The notes beneath the pieces were generated by a model, which did no database searches, was not told the DNA's origin, and saw only the letters and a list, made by a program, of their open reading frames with translations. Position numbers and translations under genes: made by a program. DNA of 64,000 nucleotides from Phyllosticta citribraziliensis (lineage: Eukaryota), in assembly GCF_038025025.1 (NCBI RefSeq), contig NW_027117339.1, positions 744,001 to 808,000 on the forward strand, given 5' to 3'. Shown in pieces: positions 10,974 to 22,849 of this stretch. How positions within the stretch are numbered: the first letter of the stretch is position 1; each line of letters starts with the position of its first letter.

Positions 10974-13829
10974 TTAGCCCGAGCACATCAAGCACTCCTC
11001 CTTGTTTTCGATGCTGCACTGCAGCACGGCGTCGGCGTAAATGTCGTACTCACGGCTCCCGCTTTCCTTCTCTTGGTCCTCGTCGTCCGTGTTCTTCTGT
11101 GCGGCTGTCCGCAGCTCTTCTTGCTTGGGGACATCGGTGGTCGGGTCGGTCGACAGGAGCTTCGGGCTGTCGCCTTCGGCGACGTCTGCCTTGAACTCGG
11201 GTACCGTGATGGCGTCCTTTGACGGAGTCAGAGGGTTGGCGTTCTTCTCCTTCTTGGACGGCGTGGTGGGAGGAGGGGTTGCGGTTGGCGTGGGAACACC
11301 GTTAGGAGTCGAAGTGCCGCTCTCCGGAGACTTTTGCATGTACATGGGCCGGGGGACGGCGGCAGCTTGGTAGCCACCGGTGCCCAGGGGGCGGCGCTTG
11401 GTGCCGTCGCGGCGAGCAATGTTGGTGTCGGCGACCTTGAGAGCCTCTTGGTCGACGGTGAACTGAATGGGAGCAGATGCAGCCTGGGTACGCAGGTAGT
11501 ACATGCCCGTCTTCAGACCAAGCTTCCAGCCGGCGAAATGCATAGAGGTGATCTTGCCCATCGTAGGCTCCTTCATGTGAATGTTGAGCGACTGGGACTG
11601 GTCGATAAAGGCACCACGGTCGGCAGCCATCTGGACAATGGTGCGCTGAGAAATTTCCCAGACAGTCTTGTAAAGGGCCTTGATGTCGTCAGGGATGTTG
11701 GGAATGTTTTGGATGGAGCCATCGGAGGCGATGATGCGGTTCTTCATGTTGTCTGACCACAGGCCCATGTCGACCAGGTCCTTGAGCAGCCAGGGGTTGA
11801 CGACCTGGAACTCGCCGGCGAGCACGCGGCGCGAGTAAATGTTAGAAGTGTAAGGCTCAAAGCACTCGTTGAATCCAAGGATTTGACTGGTCGAGGCAGT
11901 GGGCATGGGAGCAACAAGCAAGCTGTTTCGCACGCCGTGCTCAGCAATCTGGGCCTTGATAGATTCCCAGTCCCAAAGGTCCGTGGGCGTCTTGTTCCAC
12001 ATGTCGTATTGCAAAATGCCTTGAGAGGCCGGCGAGCCTTCATATGACGAGTACGGACCATCCCTCTTAGCCAGCTCAATCGAGGCAGTGAGGGCACCGT
12101 GGTAAATAGTCTCGAAAATCTGAATATTGAGCTCCCGGGCCTCGGGGGAGTCGAATGCCATGCGGAGGGCGAGGAAAGCATCGGCAAGGCCGTTCACACC
12201 GACAGCGATGGGACGGTGGCGCATGTTGCTCTTCTCAGCCTCGGGAACGGGGTAGTGGTTGATGTCGATGATCTTGTTCAGGTTCTTGACAAGGACTTGG
12301 GTGACCTCGTGCAGCTTCTTGAAATCGTAGACGCCGTTCTGGACGTCCACAAAGGTGGGAAGAGCCAGGGAGGCCAAGTTGCAGACAGCCACCTCGTCGG
12401 GGGCAGTGTACTCGACAATCTCGCAGCACAGGTTGGAGCTGCGGATGGTGCCAAGGTTCTTTTGGTTGCTCTTGCGGTTGCAAGCGTCCTTGTAAAGCAT
12501 AAAGGGGTTTCCGGTCTCGGTCTGAGCCTCAAGAATCGCGTACCACAGCTTCTGAGCGCGGATAGTCTCGCGACCACGGCCTTCCCTCTCGTATCTCTCG
12601 TACAGCTCCTCAAACTCGTCACCGTAGACATCGGCGAGACCCGGGGCCTCGTTAGGGCACATGAGGGTCCAGTCGCCGTTTTGCTCGACACGCTTCATGA
12701 AGAGGTCAGGAACCCACAGGGCGTAGAACAAGTCGCGCGCGCGGACTTCTTCCTTTCCGTGGTTCTTGCGGAGGTCGAGGAAGGAAAAAACATCGGCGTG
12801 CCAGGGCTCCAGGTAGATGGCAAAGGCACCAGGGCGCTTGTTGCCACCTTGGTCGACGTAGCGAGCGGTGTTGTTGTACACACGGAGCATGGGAATCAGA
12901 CCGTTGGACGTGCCGTTGGTACCAGCGATGTAGGAGCCAGTGGAACGAATGCGGTGGACGTTGAGACCAATTCCACCAGCCGTCTTGGAAATCATGGCAC
13001 AAGTCTTGAGGGTGTCGTAGATGCCCTCGATGCTGTCATCCTTCATGTCGATCAAGAAGCATGATGCGAGCTGGGGCTTGGGAGTACCAGCGTTAAACAA
13101 GGTGGGAGAAGCGTGGGTGAAGTACTTTTGAGACATCAAGTTGTACGTTTCGATGGCCTTCTCGATGTCCTCACCGTGAATACCGACAGCTACACGCATG
13201 ATCATGTGCTGCGGTCTTTCGGCAACCTTGCCGTCGATGCGGAGCAAGTATGACCTCTCAAGCGTCTTGAAGCCAAAGTATTGGTAGTTGAAGTCGCGGT
13301 CGTAGACGATGGCCGAGTTGAGCTCCTCGGCGTGCTTCATGATGATGTCGTACGTTCCCTTGCCAATCATAGGCGAGTGCTTCCTGTTCTTGGGGTTTGT
13401 GTAGTGGAAGAGATCCGAGATGACGAGCGAGAATTGCTTCTTGGTCTGCTTGTGGAGGTTTGAGACGGCGATGCGAGCGGCCAGAATGGCGTAATCGGGG
13501 TGGGTGGTGGTCATGTAGGCGGCAGTCTCGGCAGCCTGTTTGACGGCATTTAGCTTTGGCGGGTTGAAGAAGGGCGTTCAAGGACTCACCAGGTTGTCAA
13601 GCTCGATGGTGGTGACGCCGTGGTAGACACCCGAAATAACCTTTTGGGTGATGGCGGCGGCGTCGACGTGCTCGGGATCGAGTCCATAGCAGAGACGGGA
13701 GACGCGAGCGGTGATTTTGTCGAACTGGACGCGTTCCTTGCGTCCATCTACAGAAACCATGGCGTTAGGAGGCGACAAAGCGGAATCGTCATCGAGGACG
13801 GGAGACGTACCGCGTTTGTGGACGAACAT
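10974..13829 (-). CDS. RNR1: Ribonucleoside-diphosphate reductase large subunit
   Basis: ATG 13829 (MFVHKR). Introns 13748-13810 and 13536-13589. ATP-cone N-terminus, [28 protein letters not shown] and a C-terminal CxxC (CLMCSG). Confidence 0.98.
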
Positions 13830-13990
13830 TGTGGCGACAAGAGCGGTGCTGGTATGAGCGTATGCTGCTGTCGACCCAATGTAGAAAAAGAGAGACGGGG
13901 AGAGGGTATCACGGGGAGGGTTGGGAGTCGAGGAGAGGCGGAGAGTGGGCGCGGAGGTGGTTTTTGTAGGAGCAGAGGGCGACACGCTCG

Positions 13991-14099
13991 ACGCGTCTTG
14001 GGTCCGTGCCCGTGTTTTGGTGGCTGCTCGTTAATTGATTTTCCGGGCCGCCCGACATCGCTGCTCACCCTTAGGCATCTGGCTCGACGCGCGACGCGT
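13991..14099. promoter_or_regulatory. Cluster of MCB (MluI cell-cycle box) elements upstream of RNR1
   Basis: ACGCGT at 13991-13996 and 14094-14099, and ACGCG at 14087-14091, about 160-270 bp upstream of the RNR1 ATG. RNR1 is a classic MBF target in yeasts. Confidence 0.65.
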
Positions 14100-14396
14100 T
14101 CCCCAAGACTGACACCCACTGTGATTAGCGATCCCTTCTGCTTGCTGCCTAATCTGCGTAGCCATCACAGTGTCCGATGCCGCTTTGACGTCACTTCCCC
14201 GCCTTTCGTCTCCGATTCACTAGAATGCTCACGTACCGGTGTTGCTACGGTCCACCACCACTTGAGTCAAAGACACCAACACCAAGGAAGTCATCCAAAG
14301 TCCAGATTCCTTTCCAATCCCAACAGTAACAGTTGACCTTCCCCCAAACTCAGCTAGAACACCATCCGCAGACAAACGTAGAATCTCAATCCACAC

Positions 14397-17300
14397 TCAC
14401 GCCTTGGCCTGCTCCTCCTGACCCGGCGCCTTCTTCTTCACCATCTTCTCCTTCAACATCTTCTCTGCCCATGCCCGACTAGCCTGGCGGCCCCTCTCCG
14501 CCGCCTCAGCCCTCGCCTTCCTCGCCGCCTCCTCCTTCTCCTTGCGCTCCTGCTCCTGGCGCGCGCGATCAAGCTTGTCGCGGTTGAAAATCTCCTTGGC
14601 CTTGTTCTTCATGGCCGCCTTGTCCGCCGCCGTAACGCCCGATTTGACGACGGGACCTGGACGTGCCGTAGCAGGTGCCTTGGGGGGACCCGGTCGAGAG
14701 AAGGTAAAGGACGAAGCTCGCGGAAGATTGGGGCCTGACGACGTCGAGTTGCTTGCAGAAGAAGTTGCGCGGGAAGGCCCCGAAGACTTTGCTGTGACGT
14801 TGGCAAGGGGCCTTTTCTGCGTTTCGCGCTTCGCTGGTGCAGGGCTGAGACTCGCGGCGTGGTTCGTGGCCGAGTTAAGTGCTCTCGCCGTTGTGCTCGA
14901 CACGCTGGATGATATGCTCGCGCTTGACGAGGCCCTGTTGGCCACCGAAGATGAACGGGGACGCTCACCCTCTTGCTTTGGTCGAACGGGCATAGCGGCG
15001 ACGCGCTTGGCGCCTGCGGCGGGAGCGACGCTAGGGCGTTGGCCATTGCTTGGACGGTCCATGATAGAGTTTGTGCGCTTGAGAGGATTGCCAGTGGAGC
15101 TGGTGCTGGACTGAAGGGAGCCGGTTTCGCGCTCTTCGCTCTCGGTACGGCCTTGCATAAGGCTTTGGCGAGCTTTGCTGGAGGCCGTCTGACGTACCAT
15201 ACCTGCTGCCGATGGGTTCTTGATGAAAGAAGGAACAGGACGCGCCTTGAAGGTCGATTTCTTCTTCTCCTCAGATTCCTTGGTCGACTGATCCTTTCTA
15301 CCACCTTCGCCCCCGCTTGCGCTTCTGATGAAAGAAGGCACGGGCCGTGCCTTGAACTCGCGCTTTTTCTTTTCTTCCAACTCTTTAGCAGACAATTCCT
15401 TCTTGGCGCCTCCGTTCTGTCCCTTCTCTGCCTCCCGCCGGAGGCGCTCTTCCTTCTCCGCCTTCAACCTGGCTGCCACTGCTTCACCAGGAAGCGCAAA
15501 CGTTGGTCTGGTTGGAGGTTTGCTAGATTTCACTGGAGGGGGTGGCGTAGGGAAAGAGACCGAAACTGGTCGACGCTTCATTGCCAGGTAATCAACGGCT
15601 TGACCCGGCTCTCTGGGCTTCGTGGGCCCGGAGGACTCTTTCGTTTGAGCAGTGCGCACGCTGCTGGAGCGCTGAAGTGTAGATTTTGCTGCCGGTCCAG
15701 CGGCTGGCTTGGCAGAGGGAGCATTCGACTTCCTCGCGGCAGGCTTGGACGCGACTGAAGATGGACGAGAACCAGCAATGGGTTTGGGTGGTGGTGGCAT
15801 GGAAATAGGCCGCGGCTTGGTAGCCGTGGTCTTCTTAACAGGCTCCGTAACAATGGCAGGGGCCTGGTCCTGCTTTGCATCCTCCACGTCGTGCAAATTC
15901 TTCTCAACCTGTGCAAACTCTTCCTCCATTGCGTCAAGTGCATCAATGGACTGGGTGAGACCGAGTGGAGTATCGCTGAAAGATTCTGGCTGCGGTGGCG
16001 CTTGTTGCGTTGCTTTCACAGGGCTCCTTTGCATCTCTTCGAAAATTTGGCGCTCCACATCGTCCAAGTCGGAGTCGCTCGACGAATCATCGTGTTGCGG
16101 GGAAGGTTCGTCGTGTGGCTGTTGGTCCAGCTCGATGGACTCCACGACTTCGTTCTCTGGTATGGCAACATCGTCCTGGACACCAATTTCACTAGCCTTT
16201 GCAAACTCTTCATCGACAGGAGGCGTCTCTTGCTCATCTTGGCTTGGTGCTTGCAATTCAACAGCATCTTCGCTCTGGACCTTCGCCTCGACCTGGTGAT
16301 CTTTCTGCTGTTCAATCGGAGATTGGATCGGTACCTCGACTTTCTCATCAGGTTCTTCATTCGTTCCAGAGACGGGATGAGCGTCATCTGTCGGCGGGCC
16401 AACTTTCCCATCTTGCACTTCCGTAAGCGCGGGCTCTTCAGGCCTTTTCTCAACACCATCCAACACGGGCTTCGTCTCCTGGACTGGCTGGTAAACTTGT
16501 GCCTCTTCAAGCAACATCTTTTGCTCCTCCAGTTCAGCTTCAGCCTGTTGACGCCTCGTTTTGCGGGTCGTGCGAGGGACAGTGTCTTCCTCAACTTTTG
16601 CAGCTTGCTTTCTCGTCGACCGAGCGCGAGATGGCGTTTTAGGAGGCACTTCTGGCTCAGACAGTAAAGCAGTCTCTGCAACGGGTTCAACGGTTTCGGC
16701 AGATTTTGAAACATCCGGTTCAAGCTGGACTTGGGCCTTTGCCTGTGCACCCTCCTCAGCTTGTGGAACTGGGGCACCCTGTGCCGCAACTGACTCGTTG
16801 AGCCCGGTCTCCTCTCTTTTTGGCGCAGTGCTCTTTTTGCTTGCGGCCCTGGGCTCTTTGGCAGGAGTCTTTGCGGTCTTCTTCAGTTCCTCGTCTTCCC
16901 CGATCTTGTCCTGCGTGGTGTCTTCCACAGACACGGGCTGGACCAGCGTTTCGGTTTCAGAATCCGCCTTTTTCTTTCCCCTTGTGGATTTGGATCTCTT
17001 GGGTGCATTGATCTTGGCTTCGGGCTCGGCGTTCAACTCTTGGAGGTTGTCACCGTTGTCACCAGGAGCGTGGTCGTGCTCGGCCTCTGCAGCAGCCTCA
17101 GTTTCCGCAATGTCCTTTTTCGTCTTCCTTGTCGACCTGCTCCTCTTGGGAGCTGTCTCGACCGCAACAGACGCCTGCTCTGTTTCTGCCTGCGGCTGTA
17201 CTTCCGCATCTTGCTCCAAGTCGGGTTTCTGCTCGGTTGCTTTCGTCCTGCGCGTTGATCTGGCCCTTGCTGGCGCAGGTGTTGGCACAGCCACGGGCTC

Positions 17301-17732
17301 TTCCTCAACAGACTCTGGTTCGGTATCCCCGCCTCCCCAAGCCTCAAACTCTTCCTCCTGTGCTTCCTCATACTGGACCTCCGGTTCTGGCTCTGGGGCC
17401 TTCTTCCTTCCCCTTGTGGACCTCGTTCTCTTGGGCGCAAGCTTTGTGCCAAGTTCTTCTTCTTTTTCTTCTTCCTCGGCAATCTGCTCCTCTGTGTTCG
17501 GCTGTGGAGCATCCAGCTCTTCCTCGGGCTCTGCCACCTTCTTTGGCCTACCCCGCCCTCTCTTTGTGTTACCAGCTACGGGATTCAGAGGCTCGCGCAT
17601 GTCTTCAGCGTCCGATTCCAGCGTATCAATGTTTTGGGTATCGTTGGTCTGTTGCTGGACTTGCGCTTCGTCGGTAGCCGTGGGCTGCTGCTGCTCTTGA
17701 GCACGGGCAGCGGCGCGGGTGGTGCGCGGCAT
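14397..17732 (-). CDS. 1111-aa disordered protein with acidic N-half and basic C-half carrying two FKARPVP motifs (TPX2-like microtubule-associated candidate)
   Basis: Long single ORF. AT-hook-like KRGRGRPKK, repeated KRxRSTR, FALPGEAVAARLK, two FKARPVPSFI and a C-terminal coiled coil (ARAEAAERGRQASRAWAEK). Confidence 0.7.
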   Translation of the reverse strand: MPRTTRAAARAQEQQQPTATDEAQVQQQTNDTQNIDTLESDAEDMREPLNPVAGNTKRGRGRPKKVAEPEEELDAPQPNTEEQIAEEEEKEEELGTKLAPKRTRSTRGRKKAPEPEPEVQYEEAQEEEFEAWGGGDTEPESVEEEPVAVPTPAPARARSTRRTKATEQKPDLEQDAEVQPQAETEQASVAVETAPKRSRSTRKTKKDIAETEAAAEAEHDHAPGDNGDNLQELNAEPEAKINAPKRSKSTRGKKKADSETETLVQPVSVEDTTQDKIGEDEELKKTAKTPAKEPRAASKKSTAPKREETGLNESVAAQGAPVPQAEEGAQAKAQVQLEPDVSKSAETVEPVAETALLSEPEVPPKTPSRARSTRKQAAKVEEDTVPRTTRKTRRQQAEAELEEQKMLLEEAQVYQPVQETKPVLDGVEKRPEEPALTEVQDGKVGPPTDDAHPVSGTNEEPDEKVEVPIQSPIEQQKDHQVEAKVQSEDAVELQAPSQDEQETPPVDEEFAKASEIGVQDDVAIPENEVVESIELDQQPHDEPSPQHDDSSSDSDLDDVERQIFEEMQRSPVKATQQAPPQPESFSDTPLGLTQSIDALDAMEEEFAQVEKNLHDVEDAKQDQAPAIVTEPVKKTTATKPRPISMPPPPKPIAGSRPSSVASKPAARKSNAPSAKPAAGPAAKSTLQRSSSVRTAQTKESSGPTKPREPGQAVDYLAMKRRPVSVSFPTPPPPVKSSKPPTRPTFALPGEAVAARLKAEKEERLRREAEKGQNGGAKKELSAKELEEKKKREFKARPVPSFIRSASGGEGGRKDQSTKESEEKKKSTFKARPVPSFIKNPSAAGMVRQTASSKARQSLMQGRTESEERETGSLQSSTSSTGNPLKRTNSIMDRPSNGQRPSVAPAAGAKRVAAMPVRPKQEGERPRSSSVANRASSSASISSSVSSTTARALNSATNHAASLSPAPAKRETQKRPLANVTAKSSGPSRATSSASNSTSSGPNLPRASSFTFSRPGPPKAPATARPGPVVKSGVTAADKAAMKNKAKEIFNRDKLDRARQEQERKEKEEAARKARAEAAERGRQASRAWAEKMLKEKMVKKKAPGQEEQAKA

Positions 17733-19469
17733 CTTGGGAGTGTTTGTTTGGCGACGTGGGATGTAGCTGGGTCAACGCAGCTCTTGCGGGATGGGATGTA
17801 GCTGGTGCTGGTATGGCGGAGCAGACGTCGCGGGCGTGCCTCCGAGGCTCAGCAAGGCGTTTAGGGGTCGTGGCTCAGTCGGGATTGGCCGGCGGTGGTG
17901 AGGTGAGAAGTTGGAAATTGCGCCGAAGGTTTGACCAGGGCTGTCGCGTGGCGCTCGTAAGGGTCGCGTTGTTCAGGTGAAGACTGACGATGGTTCGCGT
18001 CGTCACAGGCAAATGCCTGATTGTCGTAGCATTGGTTTGGCGCGCGTGCGAAGTGGTTGCAGGGTGCAGTCGAAGTGGGGAAAAGAATGGCGGGCGTTTG
18101 TTTTGACGCGCGGAAGCGTTGCCCCAACGACGGGCACAGAACCACTCGTCTGCCCCCTGTCCTTGTCTCCTTGAGAGGTTGAGTGCTTGCCGTCTCAATG
18201 AGCGCGAAGGAGATGAATGCTCCCGATTCAACTCTCCCCGCGGACCTGTTTTCTGCCTTGCGTGTCCCACGACTTCTGCTCCCGAGACACTGACGCTGAT
18301 TGGCTCCAGGCGTGTGATCCGCCGGCCGCACAGGAATCCGATTTCGCTTTCCCGCGGACCATCACGACGACTTGATTTGCTGGCTTTCCGTGTCCTCCTC
18401 CCTTTCAGTGACCTGTGAAGGTGTGAGAATGCTCCTCGCCGGCGCTCCATCTCCATCTGACTGGTCAGTTTTCCGCCGTATCACACAACTTCTTGTCCAG
18501 CCTTGTTCCCTCGCAACCCAAAAGCTCGACGCATCAGCCCTCAGACAGAGTGTTGCGTGTTTCTTATCTTTCTTGCAGTCCTTCGCAGAAATTCGAAACA
18601 GCTCGGCCCGCATTGACGCCAGCTCATCCGCAGAGTCCTTTGGAATTGTCGCCAACGCCGCCACAAGCTTCAGTTGCAGGCTCCGGAAAAATGGAAAAGA
18701 TACACAATCAAGTCTCTACATATGGAAAACCGTGCTCAAGTTGGCTCAAGTCGGCCCATTGTTAGAGCCTTGCCATACTGTACGACTTCGCGATTGAAGT
18801 GAACCCGAGATTCATGGGCCGCCAAAGGAGTCCTGGAACCGTTGCCTCGTCGCGACAGATTGGTGTCAACGGGGAGCCAACCCGCTGAAGCGTTGCGATA
18901 CCGGAGCCCAAGTTGGTCCTTGAATATGGATTCCGTGATGCCAATTGATCTGGGCGCCCATCCGCGACGTACAGCTGGAGAAACGGCTACAAGATGAGCT
19001 AAGCAATCCTCGTTGTCGCTGTCCATTCATGCAAAAGAGCACAGGATAGGTTTCACTTCCAAGCAGAGGGGCCGGCGGATCACTGAGTCGTGGCAGAGGC
19101 TTGCGTTCCTTTGGGGCAAAAAAGCGAGCTTGGCGGCTGCCATTGACTCGTGGGACTCCACCCACGATGTTCGTATACCGTTTCACGTAGGGCGTGCCCA
19201 GAACCGACTTACTCCTTGAAACTATTTCCATCACGATTGAGAGCTGTAGGATTCATCCAGTGGCTGGTATCATTTGAAGATGTCTTGTTCGACGCGCAAA
19301 CTGAGCTCGCTTGAGGGCAGCTTCTGCTTTTTAATCTCTGGACGAAGACAAAGGTCCACGTCGTCAATGAACTTGGGACATGCTGGCATGAGGCCTCTCA
19401 GGCAAGCAGGCAGTGCCCCCAACTTTTATACATGAAAGAGCTTTGCGATTTCTAGCCCTCAACGACATT

Positions 19470-20664
19470 ATGGCGACTGCCTCTGGAATCGAGCTCCCTC
19501 CTAATCTCAAGGTCGCCATCCCAACTCTCGTTGGCAGCTCTCTCTCCTGCATTGCAACGAGTGCTGTCCTGATATCATGGGTCTTTCTTGGACGCGGAAA
19601 GCGCTCGTTCCGATACGCGCTCGTCCTGAACTTGACCTTCGCCGGTATGTCTTGCGAATTCAGAGCAACAAGAGGAAGACTAAGAACTTACCTGTGGGCA
19701 GAGTGCCTCAACTCTTTAAATAATACCATCTCGGGCATTTATCGAATGACGCACGTTGGTCGGCACGTTCCCACCAACAGTTGCACATTAAACGGCTGGG
19801 TCGGGCAACTCTCCGTCCAGGTACGGAGCACGCGACACTGCTGAACAGTATACCTCGCTGACTCTAGAGAAGGCTGCAGACTTCTCAATCCTGGCGATAG
19901 CTGTGGTGACGATATTGACCATCAAGCTAAAGTCTTACATTCTCGACGCTACTTTCGACAAGAAGATTCTCATGTGCATTTCCATATGGATAGTGCCCCT
20001 CTCTACGAGTAAGTCATATCGCTTCCACAGTTTGTCGTGTGTGCTCACATGTGGAGCAGGCACTGCTGCCGTGGCCATGCACCAAATCGCGCCGGTAAGC
20101 GGTAACTGGTGCTGGATCTCAGGCGAAAAGCCGTATTTGCGATACGCTTTGGGTCACGCCTGGCGCTTTGCCATTATAATCATTGTCATATTCATCTACG
20201 CCTACGTCTTCTTCTACATGCGCAAACGCTTCCGGTACATTGAGGAGACCATCAGCACCGGATCGTACGACTACGGCCGCAGCTTTCACCACGAACTCGC
20301 CGTAGTTCCTGCGCCCATTGGATTGGAGCCCAAGCAAACCCATCTCAGCACGAACCTGTCCAATACCATGACCAACACGTCCAGCATTAGCCATGCACGG
20401 AGAACCAAGCATAGGAGACAGCAAAGCAGAAGTATCGAGCGGGACATTTGGAGAATGCTCCTGCTTAACACCTACCCAATGCTGTATCTCCTACTGTGGA
20501 TACCTGGGATCCTGAATCGCATCATGGAGGCCGTTGGCAAAGATTACGAATGGCTCGACGTCATGCAGAGTTCGACGCAGTATATTGGCTTTGCCAACGC
20601 CATTACTTACGGGTACAAAGAGCACTCGCGAGACGTTGCTGCGTGGATGAAGAGCTTGGGATGA
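19470..20664 (+). CDS. 7-TM G protein-coupled receptor, Git3/cAMP-receptor-like class
   Basis: Introns 19645-19701, 19821-19872 and 20009-20059 give one frame. Hydrophobic helices with FRYALVLNL, CTLNGWVGQLSVQAADFSILAIA, GNWCWI, YPMLYLLLWIPGILNRI and GFANAITYG. Confidence 0.85.
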
Positions 20665-20954
20665 GGGGTTTCGGACTACAGTTTTGATGGTCGATGCTTT
20701 GCGCGAGCTGGTCCTCGCTATATCTTCTGTTCTCTACGATTTTGACGACCTCATGTCCAAATTTGGCTTCTCTTGACTTCTTGACATCTAGAACTTTTGA
20801 GAGCCGCTGGCATCACTTTCGCAAATCCAAGCCAGGATTGCTTCGAATCGGTCACCAGTACATTCTGAACCTCGGACTGTCGTTTGTTCCTCGCTGCGGC
20901 TTTAAGTAGCCTTCAAACCATCCCAGCATCGGAATATCGCCCTGCCATTGAAAT

Positions 20955-22260
20955 CTAGAAAACCTTCTCCTTGAGCCACTTTCTCATTCGCACGTGCGTC
21001 GGAATCTCTTGCGGGTCGACTCCAAAAGGAGGGTCATTGACGGAAGAAGTGTGCGTCTCCACCTCATCGACAAAAACCTCAAAAGACCCCTTTCCGCCCC
21101 ACTGCTCCTTAAGCTGCTTTGCAAAAAGCTCTTGGCTGTCTATCAGCAAATCACCACGCCCGACAACCTGCAGCACATCAGTCACTATGCCATCAATGCC
21201 GCTCCACCAGCCCGACGGCGCCGAAACAGGCAAATTGTACGCGTCCGTTGGCGCGTCGCCCAACCAGTCAACCGCCCACCTCCTCAGCGCGACGGGGTGC
21301 AGACAGTCCCTGTTTACGCCGCCCGTCATCGCGGGGTACTCGACATTGAACGGGTCGGTCCAGGGACAAATTAGAATGGCGCTTTTGAAAGAGTCGCCCT
21401 CGTTCCACGTCGCAGCCGGCACATTCGCCTCGTCCGGGTGCCGGTGCAGCACGTGGCTCAGCAGCTGTAAGACCAGATTGCCACCAGCTGAGTCGCCGGC
21501 CAGCAGGATACGCTCGGGCGGCACGTCGAGCGCCGTGCGCACGTGGTTGAACAGCGCGGCTGCCTGGCTCAATTGGCGTGGGTACGGGGTGAAGGGCGCG
21601 AGGTCCATGTGCAGCAGCAGCGCCGCGAAGTCGCCCTCGCGATGCGGGTCGATGTTGTGGTTGCTGTTGAATTCGCGGACAAGGGCTTCGCAGAGCGCGT
21701 AGTGGCCGGGGCCGGGCGCCAGGTTGAAGCCGCCTCCTATTCGCAGCGTTAGCAGGCTGGCCCAGCGTTTTTCTAGCTATCGTGTTCCGTTACCGTGGAA
21801 GTAGAGTAAAATCGTCTTGGCCTGCTTGGAGCCAATCCACGACGCCGACGTCCCGTCCGCCAGCGTCTCCATTGCGGGCGAGACTTTGGCGCCTTTGCAC
21901 CATTTGGTGTACGTGTCAATCGAGTCGGGAAGTATCGCTCTGGCTTCATCGTCAGTCCGGAATCACGCAGAACGCTGTCTCTGATTTACGCACTGCTCTT
22001 GCTTCGACGAGGCTAGCGAGAAGAACGTGCGGCAGTAGACATTGAAGGCATTTCGGCGCCGGTCTCCCGAGTACGCTTCTCTCGGTGCCCCAATGGTAGA
22101 TATTGTCGAGAGCAGAATCTGGATCACTGGTACAATTCTCAATATATGTGTCCAGTCATGGTGACTGGCAAGCAGACGTACCAGTGATGACGATGACCTT
22201 GGCCAGCGATATTTTCTCTCCTAAGGAGAGCTGGAGCTCTTTCTGTGGTCGCCCGCCCAT
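20955..22260 (-). CDS. Alpha/beta hydrolase, HSL-like (Say1/Mug180 steryl deacetylase-like)
   Basis: LLYFHG|GGFNL oxyanion motif across an intron, nucleophile motif LAGDSAGGNL and ILICPW. Probable ATG 22260 with three short introns. Confidence 0.8.
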
Positions 22261-22849
22261 CTTTCTCGTCGTGACTTTGCTGCTGTGTCCGACTGTTGCA
22301 GTTTTGCGACTTCCAAAGAAGAGCTCCGCAAGAGAAGTGACAACGGCAACAGCCTCTTGGACCAAGTGTCTTGGTAAGTGGCGGAAGCTTGACCACGGCG
22401 GAAGCGCTTAGATAATTGCGCTTTTTCCCACTAATGACGTAAAAACCAAGAATTGTTCAATATCGTGACTTCAATGCGCAAGTGGGAGTTTCGTGGGCGC
22501 GTGGAGGTCTTAAAACTGGAGACGGCAGTGGGGTAGTCACACCGGGATCTGCAGAAGCCGGCGACTGTGGAACCTGGCACTGTGCTGTCGACCAAGGAAA
22601 TTGTCAGCAAAGTGCGGGCGGTGTTGTTTGATAGCCGAGGACATGAATGATGCATATTCTCGACAACGGATCCGTTCTGATTCGCCATGCTATCTGATAT
22701 CGATCTGCCAATGAATGCTCTGCGCATAAAAGCTAGCTGTACATAACGTCCCCTTCATGATCGAATGAAATAAAACACATTAAAACACTACGAGTCATTT
22801 TTCTTTGATTCCCCACCCGCATTTTCTGCTTCTCTCACTCTTCTTTTCT

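Noticed and set aside
12099..13064. 321-aa plus-strand ORF and other ORFs within RNR1
   Set aside because: Antisense or alternate-frame shadows of RNR1.
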